Made by a program: the position numbers and the translations under genes. The notes below the pieces were generated by a model that was not told the DNA's origin, searched no databases, and worked only from the letters and a program-made list of their open reading frames with translations. Below are positions 36,908 through 41,616 of a DNA stretch of 41,616 bases, one piece after another; the stretch's first letter is position 1, and each line of letters begins with the position of its first letter. The stretch is from positions 1 to 41,616 of the IMG/VR virus record IMGVR_UViG_3300031179_000057; one strand, given 5' to 3'. The DNA comes from a virus. Its lineage: Duplodnaviria; Caudoviricetes.

Positions 36908-37444
36908 GTGAAGAAATTCGTTTCCGGTCTTCTTGTTGGTTTTCTCCTCGCGCTCCCGGCCTTCGCTGCCGCCGATCAAATATCTATGGTCGGGAAAAAG
37001 GTGCAGGTAGAATACCCTATTATCGTTGACGGGGAACGGCTTTCGGTTAATGCCGTTGCCATTGATGGCACCAGTTACGCTCCACTCAGAGCGGTCGGAG
37101 AAGCAATTGGCTATGACGTGAAATTCCAAAACAAGACGGTTGTTTTTGAGTCAAAAACAGAGCGGAAAGAAGGTGAGCAAGTGCAAACACAGATGCCCGC
37201 CGAAACGCCCGCGCAGCCCGCGCAAGAGCCGGAATTTTACTATACGCTTGACAATATAGATGAAGCCATTGCCGGGCAAGAGACGGGTATTAAGGCAATA
37301 GAAATGTCGATCAACATGTTCATGTCGTCCGGCGGTTCTCCCGAAAAAATCGAGGAGCTTCGGCAAAAGAAACGCGAGGCCGAAGAGCTTTTAGAAAGAT
37401 TGAAAAGATTTAAGGAACAACTACAAGCCCAACAACAAAAATGA
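36908..37444 (+). CDS. secreted stalk/copper-amine-oxidase-N-like domain protein (moron)
   Basis: Signal peptide MKKFVSGLLVGFLLALPAFA; IDGTSYAPLRAVGEAIGYDV; TG-G-TATATT upstream. Confidence 0.8.
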   Translation: MKKFVSGLLVGFLLALPAFAAADQISMVGKKVQVEYPIIVDGERLSVNAVAIDGTSYAPLRAVGEAIGYDVKFQNKTVVFESKTERKEGEQVQTQMPAETPAQPAQEPEFYYTLDNIDEAIAGQETGIKAIEMSINMFMSSGGSPEKIEELRQKKREAEELLERLKRFKEQLQAQQQK

Positions 37445-37471
37445 CGCCCACAAACGGGCGTCTTCGTTTTT
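37438..37471. terminator. bidirectional terminator
   Basis: GACGCCC/GGGCGTC with A and T runs on either side, between convergent genes. Confidence 0.7.
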
Positions 37472-37808
37472 ACAAAAACGGCCTTCCTTCTGGCCTAATA
37501 CGGTATTCGCCGGGCGGCAGACGGTCGTTTGGTGGTGCGCGGTCATGTACTTCAATGTAACCCTTTTTGCCCAGATCGCTGATGTATCTGCCGTTATAAA
37601 TAGCTGCAAAAACGATCCACGAAACGATCAATCCAAACCCAAGCGTCACAAACCCAACAATGGCGTTGGTTATAAACATGATGAAGAACCACTTTAGGTC
37701 ACCGCGCAGAAGCGGAACAAAGAAACCAAAGAACAGCGTTGTCCACGAAAATCCCTTTTTGCATCTGATCTCATGACCGGATGCGTAATGCCGAAGAACA
37801 ACCTTCAT
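37470..37808 (-). CDS. DUF2628-like membrane protein (moron)
   Basis: KKGFSWTTLFFGFFVPLLRGDLKW..YNGRYISDLGKKGY; GGAGG RBS before ATG 37808. Confidence 0.8.
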   Translation of the reverse strand: MKVVLRHYASGHEIRCKKGFSWTTLFFGFFVPLLRGDLKWFFIMFITNAIVGFVTLGFGLIVSWIVFAAIYNGRYISDLGKKGYIEVHDRAPPNDRLPPGEYRIRPEGRPFL

Positions 37809-37912
37809 GGCGATCCCTCCAACTTTCGTAATAGTTCGCCATGATGAAAAATATTCCTGCTTGGGCGCTCCCATGCGGGGCGTCTTTTCATTTGCTCAAA
37901 GGAGTTGGTCAC

Positions 37913-38098
37913 ATGGCCCACGTCCAACCTATCGTCCGCGTCGAACTTGACCCGATGCATCCGGTTCCCGAGGTATGCGCGGTTATCTCAGCGCTCATCC
38001 CATACCATCCCGGTCAGGAAGAGGCGATCCTTCGCGGAGTGGCAGAAGCGATTGAAAAGCGACTGAAACAAATTGAAAAGGGTGGTAAGAATGGCTAA
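37913..38098 (+). CDS. hypothetical phage protein
   Basis: AAAGGAG RBS; coupled to the next gene. Confidence 0.7.
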   Translation: MAHVQPIVRVELDPMHPVPEVCAVISALIPYHPGQEEAILRGVAEAIEKRLKQIEKGGKNG

Positions 38099-40082
38099 CC
38101 GCTATGCAAATTTGGTTGGTAGCAACAAAATCAAGGACGAATATACGAAGATCAACACCGGATTCGATACCATACAAGCCGAAGTTGATGCCATCAACAC
38201 TGAACTGGATGAGAAGGCCGACCGTGCATTTGCACGGGTGAATGGACTCACAGCGAGCACAAAGGACGACACCCTCAATATCGCTGGTGGTACGGGGATC
38301 ACGATCAGCGAGAATCCAAACACAAAGACCGTAACCGTAACCGCGACCGGTACCGCGACACCCGGAGCGCACGGCAGCGCACATACCGAGTTTGGGTCCG
38401 ACCCGATTCCGAACGCGACTACGGCGGAAGGCGGGTTGATGAGTGCTGCGGATAAGGCTGTATTGGATGAATTGAGTATAAAAGTTTCCGATTTCGCTGT
38501 TAGCGTCGTTGAAAAGGGCGCTGACAAAACGGGTGTCGCAGATTCCGCCCCCGCATTCCAAGATGCGTTCAATGCCGTCCGTGACAATGGTGGCGGTACT
38601 GTTTTTGTACCATTTGGCGAATACAAACTCGGATCGCTGCTTCGGATTTACAAAAACACCAGATTTATCATTGAACCAGGAACACGACTTATCCGCAATC
38701 ATTCCGGGATGTTTTTGACAAATGGAGATCAAGGCGCAGAATACCCAGGTTACAGCGGACACGGAAATATCGTCATTGATGGCGGTATTTGGGATGGAAA
38801 TGTAACTAATTTCCCTGAATCGTTTGATGCTTTTGGGATTGCAAGAGGTGCCAATATTATCATTCGAAATGTCGAGTTTAGAGATGTGGTTGATTATCAC
38901 GCCATCGACTTGTGTGCATGTCGGGATGTGATCATTGAAAATTGCCGTTTCGTTGGTTTTATCAATACAGGCGGAAGAGAATATTCCGAAGCAATACAAA
39001 TCCAAGAACACACATCTGAAGGGTTCGGACAATTCGGTCCTTTCGACGCCACCCCATGTTTAAATATTACGGTTAGGAATTGCTATTTTGGCGCAAGTGA
39101 AACGCCAGGAACGCAGGCATGGGCGACGGGTATTGGCCATCATTCCAGAGTAAAGGATGAATACAATGAAGGCATTAAGGTTATCGGGAACTATTTTGAT
39201 GGTTTGACTTATGTCGCGGTTCGACCGATGAAGTACAATGATGTTATCATCGAAAACAACAAATTTATAAATTGTCAGGATGCAGTACGTTTTTCGCAGG
39301 CAGATGGAAATGGGGTACATGACGAAGGGATTCCACAAGCAGGAAAAAATTACATCATCAGAAACAATTTCTTCAAAAATATTGCGGGCGAATGTATAGA
39401 CGTCTATTCTTACGAAAATGCAAAAGCCCAAAACATCATCATTACGGGGAATGTTTTTGAACTTGATAGCCCTGGATCGTCAAACTGCGTTCAACTTCGA
39501 TTCGTACACAATGCCCATATAAGCAACAACACGTTCAAAAACGTCCAAAACGGAGTCGTGGTTTGGTACGGAAGCTCGGTTAATATCAACAGTAATAGTT
39601 TCAATGATACAGTTCGAAATGCGATTACTGTTACCGAGCCAGACACGCAATATCGGTTTAAGGGATATACGAAAGGTGTTAACATCAAAGATAACGTCAT
39701 AAATAGATGCGGGAGAATAGGCATTCATGTTGCATTTACCGAAGAATTCTCTGTTGAAAACAACAAGATTATTGAACCTGGAACAGAAACAGATGACACG
39801 TATAATGGAATTACTTGTGGTGCATCCGCCGCAAATGGAATCGTCGCCCACAATCGTGTAATCATGGCAGCGTCAGGAAATCAAAATAGAAATGGAATCG
39901 AAGTAACTGGAACGTGCTCAAATGTTCGTGTTTTCGATAATGATGCAGAAGGAAAAACCAGGAGAACAAGCGTCACAACAGCAAACGGATGCTTCGAGGG
40001 TTTCTTTTTAGCCTCACCAAACGGTACAAGGTATAAAGTGACTGTAACTGACGCTGGCGCAATTTCGGTTACTGCTGGATAA
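38091..40082 (+). CDS. right-handed beta-helix tailspike/depolymerase (pectate-lyase-3-like)
   Basis: GADKTGVADSAPAFQDA..GGGTVFVPFGEY; many IxxNxF beta-helix repeats. Confidence 0.88.
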   Translation: MANRYANLVGSNKIKDEYTKINTGFDTIQAEVDAINTELDEKADRAFARVNGLTASTKDDTLNIAGGTGITISENPNTKTVTVTATGTATPGAHGSAHTEFGSDPIPNATTAEGGLMSAADKAVLDELSIKVSDFAVSVVEKGADKTGVADSAPAFQDAFNAVRDNGGGTVFVPFGEYKLGSLLRIYKNTRFIIEPGTRLIRNHSGMFLTNGDQGAEYPGYSGHGNIVIDGGIWDGNVTNFPESFDAFGIARGANIIIRNVEFRDVVDYHAIDLCACRDVIIENCRFVGFINTGGREYSEAIQIQEHTSEGFGQFGPFDATPCLNITVRNCYFGASETPGTQAWATGIGHHSRVKDEYNEGIKVIGNYFDGLTYVAVRPMKYNDVIIENNKFINCQDAVRFSQADGNGVHDEGIPQAGKNYIIRNNFFKNIAGECIDVYSYENAKAQNIIITGNVFELDSPGSSNCVQLRFVHNAHISNNTFKNVQNGVVVWYGSSVNINSNSFNDTVRNAITVTEPDTQYRFKGYTKGVNIKDNVINRCGRIGIHVAFTEEFSVENNKIIEPGTETDDTYNGITCGASAANGIVAHNRVIMAASGNQNRNGIEVTGTCSNVRVFDNDAEGKTRRTSVTTANGCFEGFFLASPNGTRYKVTVTDAGAISVTAG

Positions 40083-40111
40083 GGCTCCGCATAAGCGGGG
40101 CCTTTATTATT
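40081..40111 (+). terminator. intrinsic terminator
   Basis: AAGGCTCCGC/GCGGGGCCTT followed by TATTATT. Confidence 0.65.
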
Positions 40112-40123
40112 GGAGGTGTTACC

Positions 40124-40525
40124 GTGGAAAACGTAACGAAAACCATCGTAGCTGTAGGGGGCGCGGCCGCCTCTTATTTGTTTGGGGGGTGGTCGTCGTT
40201 GCTGTCAATCCTGCTCACGTTTGTCGTGTTGGACTACATCACGGGCGTGGTGGCGGCCGGGAAAGAAGGGAAACTGTCGTCCGAAGTCGGCCTGTGGGGC
40301 ATCCCGAAAAAGGTCGCCATCTTCGCCATTGTGGCCGTGGCGCACTTGGTGGATACAGCGCTCGGTGACGCCCACCTGTTCCGAGATGCGGCGATCTTTT
40401 TCTATTTGGCCAACGAGCTTTTGAGCATTACTGAAAACCTCGGCCGGATCGGCGTACCCATCCCGGCTACGATTCAGCGGGCGGTGGAAGTGCTGCGTGG
40501 AAAGTCGGAAGGTGACGCGAAGTGA
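40124..40525 (+). CDS. phage holin (family 4-like)
   Basis: LDYITGV..LSSEVG..KK..FYLANELLSITENLGRIGVPIP. Confidence 0.93.
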   Translation: MENVTKTIVAVGGAAASYLFGGWSSLLSILLTFVVLDYITGVVAAGKEGKLSSEVGLWGIPKKVAIFAIVAVAHLVDTALGDAHLFRDAAIFFYLANELLSITENLGRIGVPIPATIQRAVEVLRGKSEGDAK

Positions 40526-41166
40526 ACATCATCCAGGACTTTATCCCGGCCGGTCGCCGGAACCGCCCCGGGGCCAAACTGACCGGACCGAAATACATCA
40601 CCATCCACGACACCGCAAACCCGGCGAAGGGCGCGGACGCGCTCATGCACGCCAAGTACCTGAAAGGCGACGATGCCGCCAACCGCCCGGCCAGTTGGCA
40701 CTTCACGGTGGATGATCGAAACATCGTCCAGCATCTTCCTCTTGATGAAGTGGGATGGCACGCCGGGGATGGTTCCAACGGACCTGGTAACACGTCCAGC
40801 GTCGCCATCGAGATTTGCGAAAACTCGGATGGGGACCGCGCGAAGGCGGAAGCAAACGCTGCTTGGCTTGTGGCGTATCTGTTGAAGCGACTGAATCTCC
40901 CCATTGAATCTGTTGTCCAGCACAACAAATGGAGCGGAAAGAATTGTCCGCACATTATCCGCGCACGGAAAGGCGGCTGGGAGGCGTTTCTGGCGGCTGT
41001 GCGGGAGCATCTGAGTCCGCCTGTCCCTCCTGCCGATGAAGTATCGGCGTGGGCCCGGGAAGCGCGTGAGTGGGCGGTTAGCCGCGGCATCACGGACGGC
41101 ACTCGCCCCAAAGATACAGTGACGCGGGAAGAGGTCTGGACGATGCTGTATCGTGCGCTGAAATAA
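40522..41166 (+). CDS. N-acetylmuramoyl-L-alanine amidase endolysin (Amidase_2) with SLH-like C-terminus
   Basis: ITIHDTAN, SWHFTVDD, GWHAGDG, IEICE, QHNKWSGKNCP; WAVSRGITDGTRPKDTVTREE. Confidence 0.95.
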   Translation: MNIIQDFIPAGRRNRPGAKLTGPKYITIHDTANPAKGADALMHAKYLKGDDAANRPASWHFTVDDRNIVQHLPLDEVGWHAGDGSNGPGNTSSVAIEICENSDGDRAKAEANAAWLVAYLLKRLNLPIESVVQHNKWSGKNCPHIIRARKGGWEAFLAAVREHLSPPVPPADEVSAWAREAREWAVSRGITDGTRPKDTVTREEVWTMLYRALK

Positions 41167-41170
41167 ACCG

Positions 41171-41211
41171 AAACCCCCGCCCAGCCGCACGGCCAGGCGG
41201 GGGATTTTTTG
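41171..41211. terminator. terminator after the lysis cassette
   Basis: CCCCCGCC/GGCGGGGG followed by ATTTTTT. Confidence 0.8.
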
Positions 41212-41241
41212 CTTTGGGGTACTCTTCAAGCAGGGGGAAAT

Positions 41242-41616
41242 TCAGACATCGATCTCATCCGGAATCAGCCAGCCGCTCACCGGGTGATACCTGCTCAGCT
41301 CCACCGGCATGTGCTGCGGGATGTTGACTGCGTACTCACCCGTGATGCTTTCGCCCTCAAACGATCCCTCCGTCTGGTCGACAGGGAGCAGCAAAAACGC
41401 AAAGCTTTCACGGTCTTCGTCGGTCAAATCCTCGACATTCGCGATCCATTTGGTGACACGCTGGATGTATACGGCTGCGTAATCTTTTTCTTTGATGGCG
41501 CGGAGAGCTTCCCAGTACATATCTTTCCACGAGGTGTTCGGCTCAAAAACTTTCAGGAGATCGCGCTTGGCGTCCACCAGCCGATAATATTCCGAGATCA
41601 CTTTGGCTTTTGCCAC
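41242..41616 (-). CDS. hypothetical accessory protein (start at window edge, may extend beyond it)
   Basis: 124-aa ORF convergent on the endolysin terminator. Confidence 0.55.
   Translation of the reverse strand: MAKAKVISEYYRLVDAKRDLLKVFEPNTSWKDMYWEALRAIKEKDYAAVYIQRVTKWIANVEDLTDEDRESFAFLLLPVDQTEGSFEGESITGEYAVNIPQHMPVELSRYHPVSGWLIPDEIDV

Larger units (their letters stand above)
4890..41616. mobile_element. temperate siphovirus prophage (HK97-type head, cos/HNH packaging); right end lies outside the window
   Basis: Contiguous integrase, switch, replication, packaging, head, tail and lysis modules; left boundary inferred from the host-gene truncation. Confidence 0.95.

Noticed and set aside
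33895-40082. Diversity-generating retroelement or invertible tail-fibre switch
   Set aside because: No reverse transcriptase, TR/VR pair or serine invertase seen
41166-41616. attR search
   Set aside because: No copy of the 4870-4900 junction sequence found by eye; attR is probably beyond the window

Overview
This window appears to come from a GC-rich Bacillota genome; the gene style suggests Paenibacillaceae (inference). Positions 1-4.9 kb are host DNA: a sigma-A promoter with a leader terminator, a small secreted peptide, an SLH-domain protein, and a large secreted protein that appears to be cut off at about 4900. From about 4.9 kb to the end of the window lies an essentially complete temperate siphovirus prophage; attR is not visible. 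In order it carries: tyrosine integrase; CI/Cro switch with palindromic operators; excisionase; SNF2 helicase, SSB-like protein and Prim-Pol/DUF927 primase-helicase, followed by a symmetric 12-copy iteron origin; VRR-NUC; a run of small accessory genes with duplicated junctions; an ArpU-like late activator; HNH/TerS/TerL; HK97-type head; tail with a -1 frameshift chaperone; beta-helix tailspike; holin; amidase. The most striking element is a ~590-nt non-coding, densely base-paired region (about 19806-20394). It has its own promoter and terminator, long-range helices and a predicted loop-loop kiss. It is a candidate large ornate phage ncRNA in the ROOL/GOLLD size class, and it heads an unusual cassette (metallophosphoesterase, dATP/dGTP diphosphohydrolase, Cys-rich and RelE-like proteins) placed before the packaging genes. 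All family calls come from motif recognition by eye, not database searches.
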